Part shown: one piece after another, positions 54,725 through 64,000 of the stretch
How the letters are laid out: each line of letters starts with the position of its first letter
Position numbering within the stretch: the stretch's first letter is position 1
Assembly: GCA_963727455.1 (NCBI GenBank)
Contig: CAVSGG010000003.1
Coordinates: 64,001-128,000, forward strand
Source of the DNA: Candidatus Krumholzibacteriota bacterium
Lineage (GTDB): Bacteria > Krumholzibacteriota > Krumholzibacteriia > JAJRXK01
Direction: 5' to 3'
DNA: 64,000 nucleotides
Notes under the pieces: generated by a model
Database searches by the model: none
The model's input: the letters and a program-made list of their open reading frames with translations, nothing else
What the model was told of the DNA's origin: nothing
Program-made: the position numbers and the translations under genes

Positions 54725-57157
54725 GTGAACGCAAACCCACGGCAAGCTCGATCGGATCCCTCTCCAAGCCTCATTGCCGCGGGAGGGGATCGTTCCCCTC
54801 GCTCCACTTCGACTCTCGACGATCCGGTGTGGAGACTCTGTCTCGTCGCGGCCAGCGCCTCGCTCTTGGCCGCCCTTTCCCATTGGATCTTCGGCCACGG
54901 AAGCATCGCGGGGATCTGGCTGCTCGCAATCATCACCGGCCTGGGGTGGCTGGCCACGGTGCGCATGCTGCTCCTCGACACGCGCCTGCGCATTGCGTGG
55001 ATCGTTTGGCTCGTCTTCGGTCTCCTCACGCTGGCGGTGGCCCACTCGGTCGGAATGGCCAGCTTTACTTCCCTGACCTTCCTGCTGTTTCGGCGCTACC
55101 AGCCTTTGCGGCAGCTCAGCTCCATACGCCGCGCGAAACTTTTCGGACTGGCTTTTTTGTGTACCCCGCTCCTGATCGCGGGCGTCTCCACCGGCGAATC
55201 GCAGGGCGCGCTTGCCATTTTGGGGAACGAAGTCACCCGCTACGCCGTCTTGTCCTTGGCCGCGTTTTGGATCATGACCATCCTGCAGCTCGCATTTCGC
55301 GCGCGCCTGCACTTCCTCCGCCTCAAGCCGAAGCTCGCCATCGCGGTCCTCTTGATCGCCTTCGTGCCCCTGGTGTTGGTCGTCACTCTGGGATTTCTCG
55401 TGGGTTACGGCGCGCTCGGCGGACGCTCCGCCGACCGCGGCGGAGCGATTCTGAAAGATTGGGCGCGGCTCGTGGATCAGCACCCCGAGAACGGCGCTCT
55501 GCTCTTCGGCCCCGGCTTCACCGATCCACCCGCTGCGGGACAGGAAGTTCCCTGGTGGACGAAGCAATTCCGCGAAGCCCTGGCCAAGACACCCAGCTCC
55601 ACCGCGTGGGCCCCCAGCGACACGACCGCATTCTTCGTCTTGGGCAAGGAAATGTGGTTGCTGCGCATCCGGGGGATCCGTGCCGAGAGTAGTCCACGCT
55701 TGCAGGGCTGGCCGGTGCGTCAAGAGCTGATGGACCATCTCTCCGCGCTCCTGCATGCGAATTCGCGTTTGGCATTGAAGCTCGAGACGGCGGGCGCCTT
55801 CTTCGGAAAGTCCAATGTTGCCGCGGGCGATTGGGTAGTCGATGGCCACTACTATGCGGTGGTGGATTCTTCGAAGAGCGTGTTCGAGCGTCCTCTCTAT
55901 TTCGGGGGCACTCAGATCCAGGCCATCGAACTCGCGAACGACAAGCTCAAGCAAGATTCCGTGCTCCTCACCTTCAGCGTGAGTCCGGCCGAACTCGCGC
56001 GGGATTTCGTCTCGGGGAACAACGAGGTCAGCCAGGGTCTGGTTTTGCTCTTGGCCATTCTGGCCGCGCTCTTTCTCTTCGTGGAATTGGCTTCGCTCTT
56101 CTTTGGACTGCGCATCTCCACCGGGATCACATCGGCCGTCAAGGCGCTGCACAGGGGCACCGAGGAGCTCGCGCGCGGTAATCTCGACACACACATCAGC
56201 GTGCCCAACGAAGACGAGTTCGGGGATCTCGCACGATCGTTCAACGAGATGACCCTGGCGGTAAAACAGGGACAACACGAACTGCTCGAACGCGAGAGGC
56301 TCCAGCGGGAACTCGAAACGGCTCGCGAAATCCAGCAACGGCTCTTGCCTTCCGCGGTGCCACAGCTCCCTGGATTTTCCATCGCCGGTATCTCGGAGCC
56401 CAGTCGGCAAGTGGGTGGCGACTACTACGACTTTCTCCGCCTTCCCAATTCGAATCTCGGGATTGCGGTGGGCGACGTTTCGGGTAAGGGAATTCCGGCC
56501 GCTCTCTTGATGTCGAACCTGCAAGCCAGCCTCAAGGGACAGATCCTGCACGGGGGCAGCGTGTCCAGAACGGTGGCGCTGGTGAATCAACTTCTGGTGT
56601 CCTCGACCGACACGAACATGTTCGCCACCTTCTTCTACGGCGAGCTCGATCCCCGGGCGGGCACTTTCACCTCCAGTAACGCCGGCCACGATCCGCCCAT
56701 CCTCTGCCGCGCCGACGGCAGCATCGAGCGCCTCTCCACTGGAGGCCTCATCCTGGGCATCATGGATGAGACCAAATACGAGGAGAGCACGCTGCGTATG
56801 AACGAGGGGGACGTCCTGGTGGTCTACACCGACGGGATCACCGAGGCGCAGGGACCTCTGCCCCAACTGCCGTCCTCAAAGCAGGGAAATTCCGCGCCGG
56901 CTGCACGCGGAGTGCTTGGCGCGGCGGAGCGCGCGCAGGGAGGAGAACTCGCAAGTGGAGCCTCCGAAGTCCAAGACGACAGGGTAAACCTCTTCGAGGA
57001 AGAGCGGCTCATCGACGTCATCCTCGCCAACCGCGGCCGGAGCGCCCAGGAGATCGAGCACGCCATTCTCGACGCGGTCAAGCGGCACGTGGGGAACATC
57101 CCGCAGTCGGACGACATCACCTTAGTGGTGATCAAGCGCGACTCGCATCACTCCTGA
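54725..57157 (+). CDS. Membrane PP2C/SpoIIE (RsbU-like) phosphatase with HAMP domain
   Basis: Multiple TM helices, HAMP (DEFGDLARSFNEM), VGGDYYD, GDVSGKG, YTDGITEA and SDDIT. Confidence 0.92.
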   Translation: MNANPRQARSDPSPSLIAAGGDRSPRSTSTLDDPVWRLCLVAASASLLAALSHWIFGHGSIAGIWLLAIITGLGWLATVRMLLLDTRLRIAWIVWLVFGLLTLAVAHSVGMASFTSLTFLLFRRYQPLRQLSSIRRAKLFGLAFLCTPLLIAGVSTGESQGALAILGNEVTRYAVLSLAAFWIMTILQLAFRARLHFLRLKPKLAIAVLLIAFVPLVLVVTLGFLVGYGALGGRSADRGGAILKDWARLVDQHPENGALLFGPGFTDPPAAGQEVPWWTKQFREALAKTPSSTAWAPSDTTAFFVLGKEMWLLRIRGIRAESSPRLQGWPVRQELMDHLSALLHANSRLALKLETAGAFFGKSNVAAGDWVVDGHYYAVVDSSKSVFERPLYFGGTQIQAIELANDKLKQDSVLLTFSVSPAELARDFVSGNNEVSQGLVLLLAILAALFLFVELASLFFGLRISTGITSAVKALHRGTEELARGNLDTHISVPNEDEFGDLARSFNEMTLAVKQGQHELLERERLQRELETAREIQQRLLPSAVPQLPGFSIAGISEPSRQVGGDYYDFLRLPNSNLGIAVGDVSGKGIPAALLMSNLQASLKGQILHGGSVSRTVALVNQLLVSSTDTNMFATFFYGELDPRAGTFTSSNAGHDPPILCRADGSIERLSTGGLILGIMDETKYEESTLRMNEGDVLVVYTDGITEAQGPLPQLPSSKQGNSAPAARGVLGAAERAQGGELASGASEVQDDRVNLFEEERLIDVILANRGRSAQEIEHAILDAVKRHVGNIPQSDDITLVVIKRDSHHS

Positions 57158-57783
57158 ATCGCCGACAGCAGGCCTTTCTTCATGTCCTTGGAGGCGGGGT
57201 CCTTGCCGAACCACACGCTCCATAGGGCCTGCGTGAAGATGGGGTTCTTGATGACGCCGAGCTCCTTGCCATTGAGCGAGGTGTGGAGCCCGCTCGCGGG
57301 CACGTACTCGAAGATGATGAGGTCCTTGTCCTGCGCGTCACGCGTCCAGTAGGACTTGAAGGTCTCGAGTTCCACGGCAAAGGAGTCCATTTTGTCGCCG
57401 TAGTTCTTCTCGATGTCGTGCTGGAAAGCGTTGATAAGTTTGTCGCGCGAGAACCCGCGCCGCAGATCCATCTGCAAGCGCTTGGGCACATCGGCCATGA
57501 TGAGAGCGGTGGCGGGATCGCTTCCCAGATCGGTGCCCTTTTCCACGTACGATACGATGGTGTACACGTCGACCTTCATGAAGGTCTTTTCGCGCAGCGC
57601 GGTGCCGGTGGCGACCAGCTCGACCGGCTTTTGGGCAATTTCGATCGTGATCTCGTCGGGGTAGCTCTTGCCGCTCTTCTCCTCGGTGATTCCCAGTGCA
57701 AGTTGGGGAATGCTCAGGAAAGCCAAAACGGCGAGTGGCATCCAGGAGCGCGTTCTCAGCTTCGAACGGGATCGGGTCTTCAT
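57148..57783 (-). CDS. Chalcone isomerase-like family protein
   Basis: Signal peptide, GTALREKTFMKVDVY and ALWSVWFG..P...MKKGLL. Confidence 0.8.
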   Translation of the reverse strand: MKTRSRSKLRTRSWMPLAVLAFLSIPQLALGITEEKSGKSYPDEITIEIAQKPVELVATGTALREKTFMKVDVYTIVSYVEKGTDLGSDPATALIMADVPKRLQMDLRRGFSRDKLINAFQHDIEKNYGDKMDSFAVELETFKSYWTRDAQDKDLIIFEYVPASGLHTSLNGKELGVIKNPIFTQALWSVWFGKDPASKDMKKGLLSAIQE

Positions 57784-57961
57784 GAGAGGGCTCCCCCTTC
57801 TCCGGCGTGGTCTAGGGAAATTGGCCGGTATTTCGGCGACCTTTCCTCGAGCATAGCCCGGCATCGCCACCAGGTCCATTTGGAACCCGCGGGGGAGCTG
57901 GGGGGTTCCCGAAAGACTCCGTTGCAGACAGATCGAGGGCCCTTGGCTAAGCTGAGGCGTC

Positions 57962-59308
57962 ATGAGTCTCTTCGACATCGTCGCCATTCTGCTGCTTCTG
58001 GCCGCAGTCTTCGGCTATCTGAACACACGCTATCTTCGCCTGCCGCCCTCGGTGGGGCTCCTTCTCATCAGCCTGGGCAGTTCGCTGGGCGTCATGCTAG
58101 TGCACCTTTGTTTCCCCGGGCTGGGACTCATCGACGTCATCCGGAACTACTTCCAGAACATCGATTTCAACGAAGCCCTCATGCACGGCATGCTGGGCTT
58201 TCTCCTTTTCGCGGGGGCGCTGCACGCCGACCTCGATTACTTCGCGCAGCGACGTTGGACGATTGCTCTCTTGGCGACAGTGGGGCTTCTCATTTCCACC
58301 GCCTTGATCGGGGTGATGAGCCGTTTCCTCTTCGCCTGGCTGGGTTACGCCGTGCCCTGGCTGGTGTGCCTGCTTTTCGGAGCACTCATCTCGCCGACCG
58401 ATCCGATTTCGGTGATGGGCACTCTGAAAACCCTGCATGCCCCGCCGCGATTGGAAGCAAAGATCGCCGGCGAGTCGCTCTTCAACGATGGCGTGGCCGT
58501 GGTGGTGTTCACCGCTCTTTTGGAGATGTTGCACTCCTCGATGGGAGGCGCTCCAGGCGCACTCGGTGCGGCGGCGGTACACGGAGCCGCGGCAACACAC
58601 GGCGCGGTCGCCAAGTCATTGGACGTCGCCGGCGCGCACCTCGCCGGCGGCGGGTCGCTGGGACCCCTGGATATCGCGTGGCTCTTCTTGCGCGAGGCGG
58701 GCGGCGGGATCCTGCTTGGCTTCGTCTCGGGTTTCTTGGCCTACCGCATGATGTTGGCCATCGACGATTACAAGGTGGAGGTCCTCATCACCATTGCTCT
58801 GGTAATGAGTTCCTATGCGCTGGCGATGCGTCTGCACATTTCCGGACCCATCGCGGTGGTGGTCTCGGGACTCTTGATCGGAAACCGCGGGCGCAGCTAT
58901 GCGATGAGCGATACGGTTGCCGACTATCTGGAGAAGTTCTGGGAGCTCTTGGATGAAATTCTGAACGCGGTGTTGTTTCTGCTCATCGGGGTGGAAGTCA
59001 TCGTGGTGGACTTCCAGACGCGGGGAGCCTTGGCGGGTCTGATCATCATCGCCGTGGTGCTCTTAGCGCGCTTCATTTCGGTGGCGGTGCCCATCAACCT
59101 TATGCGCCGCTGGAGCGAGTTCTCCGACGGAGTGATCCGAATTCTCACCTGGTCCGGCCTGCGCGGCGGCATCTCGGTGGCGCTCGTTCTTTCCCTGCCA
59201 CAGATCCCCGAGAAGCAGTTGCTCCTCACCTGCACCTACGTCGTGGTGCTGTTCTCGATTCTGGTGCAGGGCACCACGGTGTCGAGAGTCTTGAAGAGGT
59301 ATTTGTGA
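57962..59308 (+). CDS. nhaP: Na+/H+ antiporter, CPA1 (NhaP) family
   Basis: GFLLFAGALH, ISPTDPISV, GESLFNDG and WSGLRGGISVAL. Confidence 0.9.
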   Translation: MSLFDIVAILLLLAAVFGYLNTRYLRLPPSVGLLLISLGSSLGVMLVHLCFPGLGLIDVIRNYFQNIDFNEALMHGMLGFLLFAGALHADLDYFAQRRWTIALLATVGLLISTALIGVMSRFLFAWLGYAVPWLVCLLFGALISPTDPISVMGTLKTLHAPPRLEAKIAGESLFNDGVAVVVFTALLEMLHSSMGGAPGALGAAAVHGAAATHGAVAKSLDVAGAHLAGGGSLGPLDIAWLFLREAGGGILLGFVSGFLAYRMMLAIDDYKVEVLITIALVMSSYALAMRLHISGPIAVVVSGLLIGNRGRSYAMSDTVADYLEKFWELLDEILNAVLFLLIGVEVIVVDFQTRGALAGLIIIAVVLLARFISVAVPINLMRRWSEFSDGVIRILTWSGLRGGISVALVLSLPQIPEKQLLLTCTYVVVLFSILVQGTTVSRVLKRYL

Positions 59309-59426
59309 TTCGACCCGCTCTCAGATTGGATGGAAACGACTGGAATCTCCGTTATCGTAGGTTGGTCCTGTAGCTCCAGAGCCACACGAGTGGTGATGAC
59401 ACTCAAGAAATCGGAGGATTCCGGCC

Positions 59427-59819
59427 ATGAATCAGTGTATCTCTGTGGGTCTCGATGTGCACGCCGAATCCATTACCGCTGCCATTCTTGAGGGTGATTC
59501 TCCGGATCTCGAGGTTCTGACACTTTCTGGGGATCTGATGAGGGTTCGCCGGCTCTCTCGCAGCTTGTCCTCCAAGGGATCAATCCGTGACTGCCATGAA
59601 GCTTCGGGATCGGGCTTGGTGCTGCAGCGCGTTCTGAGCCGCGACGGCTTCCAGTGTGAAGTCATCGCGCCTTCTCTTATTCCCCGCAAGCCTGGAGATC
59701 GACGCAAGGCCGATCGTCTCGACGCGATCATCTTGGCTCGGATCTTTCGAAGTGACCACTTGACTCCCGTCCACATCCCAACGGAGGACCGGCAGGCCCT
59801 ACGCCGGCTGTTCTTGTAA
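59427..59819 (+). pseudogene. Truncated IS110-family transposase (N-terminal DEDD domain only)
   Basis: VGLDVH, HEASGSG and VIAPSLIPRKPGDRRKADRLDA. It stops after 130 aa with no C-terminal domain. Confidence 0.85.
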
Positions 59820-60124
59820 TCCAAACCCCGCTTGCAATAGAATCGTTCTGACGAGGGAGATGCCATGTCACGGCACACTATCCAGTCTCTGGTTGCTTTC
59901 TGCCCACCGCGGGCTTCGGGCTGCGACCACACTAATGTGGATCCCGCTTCGCTACCCTTCGAACATCATGGAAAATGCCGCGTTCCGGTGAGGTCCTGTT
60001 GCTCTGACCATTCGTGGAACGAACAAGTCAAGGTGCCGCCGAGCGCCTCGGGGTGCGGCAACAGTAACACTCAAATCTCATCAAGATCATATTGTCATGG
60101 AGGCCTACCGACTAAGGAGTGGCC

Positions 60125-62611
60125 ATGCAGCGAAGTATCTTCCTAGCACTTTCGTTCGTATTCTTGCTGGCACTGCCGGCACGTGCCAATGATTCAGTCG
60201 ATTACGCTTCGTTTTCTACCCTCTACGAATCAAAACTCACAGATAGCGCATCATCTTCGATGGTTCGGGTTGGTACCCTCGCGGTCAGCCTTTACGACGG
60301 GCACATTACCGTGTGGGATCTTGGCGATTTTTCACATCCAATTCGAAGAGGTAGTTTGCCTGTCGACCCGGATGCGTTGCGGCTCATCGTGCATCGTGGA
60401 GAGTGTTATCTTCTGGCACGCCATCTCAAGTACCTGAACGACGGATTTCACGAATACTGGGGCTACCTTTACTGGATCGACTTGAGCAACCCTGATTCTC
60501 CACACAGCACGGAGCTATATGATACGGGGTATGTAGCTGGGACAGCCAGTTGGGGTGACGATCTCATATTCACCACCTACGCTGAATTTTGCAACATTCC
60601 TCCACTCGGCAACTGCTGGTTCGATTACAGCGGAACCAAAGTCATGCATTTCACATCTCCTACCGACATTTCTGTCGGGGACTTTGGCCTGGGCAAAACT
60701 GATGATTACATGGGAAGCGGCCCTTGGCTGTGGGTCATCCACGGAGATCTGCTCACGGTTTATGCACCAACCGGCTCTTTGCAGAATGGGATCGAGCGCG
60801 CTCTTCCCTTGGGAAGTAAGCTGATTTCGATCGACGGCGATCGGGCCTGGATTCGCACCTCTTCGTCCACCTTCGAGTCCTTTCGTGTAACCCCGGACGA
60901 AGTGATATCTGAGAGAATTTTCAGTTGCGACCAAGCCGACGACGTGGGTCGCATCATTCCCTGGCAAGATGGCGTGGTGGCTCTGGGAAGTTTTGGGGTG
61001 CAGGTGTTTGGAATTCCGGGATCAGCTTCTTCCATTTGGCGAGTTGCTCAGTCTTCCAATTCGGCGATCACGCAGAATAATCGCGCCTGGGTGGCGAGCG
61101 AGATCACGGGAATCCAGCAGATTCTCTTGGACCCGGCGGTGGAAACCCCACCGAAAATTGGAGTGATCGACGAGGAGTATGCGCATTTCGACATTACGGC
61201 TGATGGACACTTTCTCTACTCGAAAACCGCCGGGTTCCTGGATTGTTGGGACTTGCAGAGTCCTGGCGGTCCCCAGCTTGCTATTCGTACGAGCCTGGGA
61301 TCGACTGCCGGTATCTTCTCAATCTCCATTCAGAACGATGAGATCGCCGTAGTTTATTCTGACGAGGTCCAGTTCTTCCGATTCAACACCACGAACGGCT
61401 TGCCGACCTTCGAGACCGGCTTGCCCACGCAGATTACGGCACGTGACGGTCTGTTCGGGAACGGTTGCATCGCGCTTCTAAGCCAGACAGAGGGCCTTGA
61501 AATTCACGGTCTCGAGGCGGGGAATCCTCTACTCAGCCTTTACGACGAAGAGGGCTTCGCCAATCTGCAGCAGCTCCACGTCGATGGGGACATGGTGTGG
61601 TTTCTCTCGGGAAACCCGCTTAACGGCTACCAATTGGTCGGAATTTCCATCTCTCAACTCGATGCGCCCTTCAAAGCAGCTGAGATTCCCCTGTCAAGTT
61701 ATGTCCCCCACTTCAGCGTTTCCGCCGGAGACCTCATAACTGCACCGAATGGCGGCACACCACATGCCTATCATTACGAGAGTGGAATGGGAGTCAGCGA
61801 CCTCGGCGAACCCTTTCCTAGCGATGCCTTCGAAGTGGTCCTTCTCCACGATGGCATTCTCTATACCTCGAGCCGAGAGGAAATCCGTGTCTATCTCTGG
61901 GGCGGTGGCTCTCCGGCTTTGCTGGGTTTGCAAGAGGGATCTGGCACGAACGTGGGCTACGAACTTCTGGATCGCGGCGGCAATCTCGCCTTCTTGACTG
62001 CCGACTCACATACCGGCCACTTGCTTCCCATTTATCCAGCACAGATCTCTCCATTCCGGGTTCCTGTGCTCGTGGAAAATTTCCAGGTACAGACTACCGG
62101 GGCCCAATGTCGCTTGACGATGAAACTGGCAGAACCGCTGCCTGTTGAGCGTCTTCGCCTGATCGTTCTCAAGCCGGGGATGGAACAGAAGCTAGATTTG
62201 GAGCGCATGGGGACGACTGAATACCAGGCGTGGGACGAAGTGTATGCGGATGAGGTTAGCTATCGACTCATGGAAAAGCAGGAAGGAGCAACTTGGATCG
62301 TCCTCCATGAGGAGAGCGTAGCTGGAACGACCCTCTCCTGGGTTGGCCCGAGGATTCTACAGAATCCCGCCTCAGGTAGCCTGCACGTGGCATTTATGCA
62401 GGCTCGAACTGGACCGGTTTTTCTGGATGTGATCGATCTGGCGGGCCGGCGCATCGCTCGACTTCAGAGCGGTGTCCTGCAATCTGGGCTTCACCAATTT
62501 CTATGGAACGGACGAGATGAGAAGGGTAGTTCGGTCGCTAAAGGAGTGTACTTTTTGCGATCCCAATTCGCAGGACATGTATCTTCCTCAAAATTTGTAT
62601 GGTTGCGTTGA
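60125..62611 (+). CDS. Secreted LVIVD-like beta-propeller protein with C-terminal FlgD-Ig/T9SS-type domain
   Basis: AAGGAG RBS, signal peptide and DLSNP-type repeats. The C-terminus reads NP...DLAGRRIARL...WNGRDEKGSSVAKGVYFLR. Confidence 0.85.
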   Translation: MQRSIFLALSFVFLLALPARANDSVDYASFSTLYESKLTDSASSSMVRVGTLAVSLYDGHITVWDLGDFSHPIRRGSLPVDPDALRLIVHRGECYLLARHLKYLNDGFHEYWGYLYWIDLSNPDSPHSTELYDTGYVAGTASWGDDLIFTTYAEFCNIPPLGNCWFDYSGTKVMHFTSPTDISVGDFGLGKTDDYMGSGPWLWVIHGDLLTVYAPTGSLQNGIERALPLGSKLISIDGDRAWIRTSSSTFESFRVTPDEVISERIFSCDQADDVGRIIPWQDGVVALGSFGVQVFGIPGSASSIWRVAQSSNSAITQNNRAWVASEITGIQQILLDPAVETPPKIGVIDEEYAHFDITADGHFLYSKTAGFLDCWDLQSPGGPQLAIRTSLGSTAGIFSISIQNDEIAVVYSDEVQFFRFNTTNGLPTFETGLPTQITARDGLFGNGCIALLSQTEGLEIHGLEAGNPLLSLYDEEGFANLQQLHVDGDMVWFLSGNPLNGYQLVGISISQLDAPFKAAEIPLSSYVPHFSVSAGDLITAPNGGTPHAYHYESGMGVSDLGEPFPSDAFEVVLLHDGILYTSSREEIRVYLWGGGSPALLGLQEGSGTNVGYELLDRGGNLAFLTADSHTGHLLPIYPAQISPFRVPVLVENFQVQTTGAQCRLTMKLAEPLPVERLRLIVLKPGMEQKLDLERMGTTEYQAWDEVYADEVSYRLMEKQEGATWIVLHEESVAGTTLSWVGPRILQNPASGSLHVAFMQARTGPVFLDVIDLAGRRIARLQSGVLQSGLHQFLWNGRDEKGSSVAKGVYFLRSQFAGHVSSSKFVWLR

Positions 62612-62612
62612 C

Positions 62613-64000
62613 ATGAAATCCATAGCCATCCTGGTTCTTTCTAGTCTTCTCTTTGCTGACACCGCGTCGGTCCTCGCTTCGGATTGTGTGGATTACTCGG
62701 GATTGATGCGCGTTGTCGCTCGAACCCCGGTGCATGGGCAACTTTTGTGCTTGCAGGGTCATGAGGCGCTCGTTGTCGATGGCAACAAGTTACACCGATT
62801 CGACCTCAGCAATCCCGAAGCTCCCCTGGAGGAAGGTGTCTACGAGCTGCCCGTTGCGCCAGACGACCTCGTCTGGAAGGATGACACAATCCTTTTCTCT
62901 ACCCAAGGTACTGAGGCCGGAATTTACGCATTCCGATTGGATTCACCTCCCCTTCTGCAACCCAGGGGCTTTGTCGCCGCAGTTTCGGATTACTCTGCAA
63001 TCGGATTGGGCGCACTGGCGAGCGGAAGTTTCGTGGCGGTGGCGATCGATTCCCTGCATGTGCTGGAGCTTCCCCAAGGTGGCGATCTTCAACGACGTAC
63101 TTCGATCAAATTGCCGGTTTGGATGACTTTGTGGAGCATTGATGGCGACAGAATCTGCATGGGACAACACAACATTGGATCGTGCTACTTGGCTGACCTT
63201 TCTCACCCCGACCAACCTCAGGTGGAGACGACACTTTCCGGTTGGAGAGGGGCATCCGCCGTTCTCAAGGGGGATTGGATCTACCTAACGGACAGAGACT
63301 ACCTCCATGTATTGTATGTCGCCGATCTCATGCATCCGCAGGAAACGGGACGCTTAGCGATTGGTGACATGAGATCTTACTTTACTTTTCCAAAGCTGAA
63401 GTGGGGCGACGCTACTCTGTTCTTCATCGCAGAGGGTACTAATACCTCGTACCCCGGCACTTTGCTCGCCCTAGATGTCTCAGACCCATTTCATCCAAAG
63501 CGCGTCGGTTCCACCGGACTACAGTGTTTAGTCAGTGCGTCCGTTATCGAACAAAGCCGATCTTTCGGTTTTGTTCTGTCTAATGATTCGGGTGTCTTGG
63601 AGACTGTCGACCTCAACCAGGTCGAAAACATCAAATACGCGCTCACCTATCCAGGCCCTCCAAGCTACAACAAAGTGCGCTCGATGGATGGGGGCCTGCG
63701 CGCCATTCTCTCCTCCCAGGACAGCGGCATCCAGGTTCTCGAACCTGATCCGAACGGCACGTGGATTAGCACTTCGTCCATCTCCACTTATCCGTCGAGC
63801 GTCGCGAATTTCGTTTGTGACGGTCGCTATGTGTATGCGGGTACTTACTACATTCCCGACCCCTGTTGTGGCACGACTCCCGAGTTCTTCGTATACGACC
63901 TCCAAGAACAGCGAAATCTCGGTGATTTGGGAGTTCAATATGGCTTTGGCTTACCAAATCATCTGGTGCGAGATGGAAGCCAGGTCGTCGTCTCGTGCAT
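62613..64000 (+). CDS. Secreted LVIVD-like repeat protein, 3'-truncated by the window edge (absent from the ORF track)
   Basis: MKSIAILVLSSLLFADTASVLASDCVDYS..., open to the window end, with FDLSNPEAP, ADLSHPDQP and LDVSDPFHP repeats. Confidence 0.8.
   Translation, partial: MKSIAILVLSSLLFADTASVLASDCVDYSGLMRVVARTPVHGQLLCLQGHEALVVDGNKLHRFDLSNPEAPLEEGVYELPVAPDDLVWKDDTILFSTQGTEAGIYAFRLDSPPLLQPRGFVAAVSDYSAIGLGALASGSFVAVAIDSLHVLELPQGGDLQRRTSIKLPVWMTLWSIDGDRICMGQHNIGSCYLADLSHPDQPQVETTLSGWRGASAVLKGDWIYLTDRDYLHVLYVADLMHPQETGRLAIGDMRSYFTFPKLKWGDATLFFIAEGTNTSYPGTLLALDVSDPFHPKRVGSTGLQCLVSASVIEQSRSFGFVLSNDSGVLETVDLNQVENIKYALTYPGPPSYNKVRSMDGGLRAILSSQDSGIQVLEPDPNGTWISTSSISTYPSSVANFVCDGRYVYAGTYYIPDPCCGTTPEFFVYDLQEQRNLGDLGVQYGFGLPNHLVRDGSQVVVSC

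Noticed and set aside
54425-56866. 813-aa minus-strand ORF
   Set aside because: It is an antisense shadow of the PP2C phosphatase.

Overview
This is a GC-rich bacterial chromosomal window. It probably comes from an FCB-superphylum candidate phylum such as Krumholzibacteriota, Latescibacterota or Eisenbacteria, inferred from the PorV-family gene, the FlgD/T9SS-type C-terminal domain and a C-terminal 'SFGxLKxxF' motif. Housekeeping genes include tilS (partial)-ftsH-folP-cdaA, queG, guaB, hpt, udk, nupC, topA, miaE, folB and a nucleoside-salvage operon. The strongest hidden signal is at 31925-35136 (-). A TetR gene precedes a multiheme c-type cytochrome lipoprotein that the ORF track splits in two. 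The halves are in frame across a single UGA (GEG-U-GG) followed by a bacterial SECIS-like hairpin, which points to a multiheme selenoprotein. A tandem-rhodanese lipoprotein follows it. Other notable features are: a signalling cluster with degenerate phosphorelay residues (pseudo-CheA, degenerate and intact HD-GYP proteins, and a sigma54-preceded Xis/BldC-like HTH); an RpiB with an encapsulation-peptide-like N-terminus; a lipoprotein-TonB receptor-PorV-NHL operon; a 29-bp tandem repeat before an ECF sigma factor; a very acidic mini-protein; and a lower-GC right end with an IS110 remnant and two secreted LVIVD-like proteins. No rRNA, tRNA or CRISPR array was seen. All calls come from reading motifs by eye, with no database searches.
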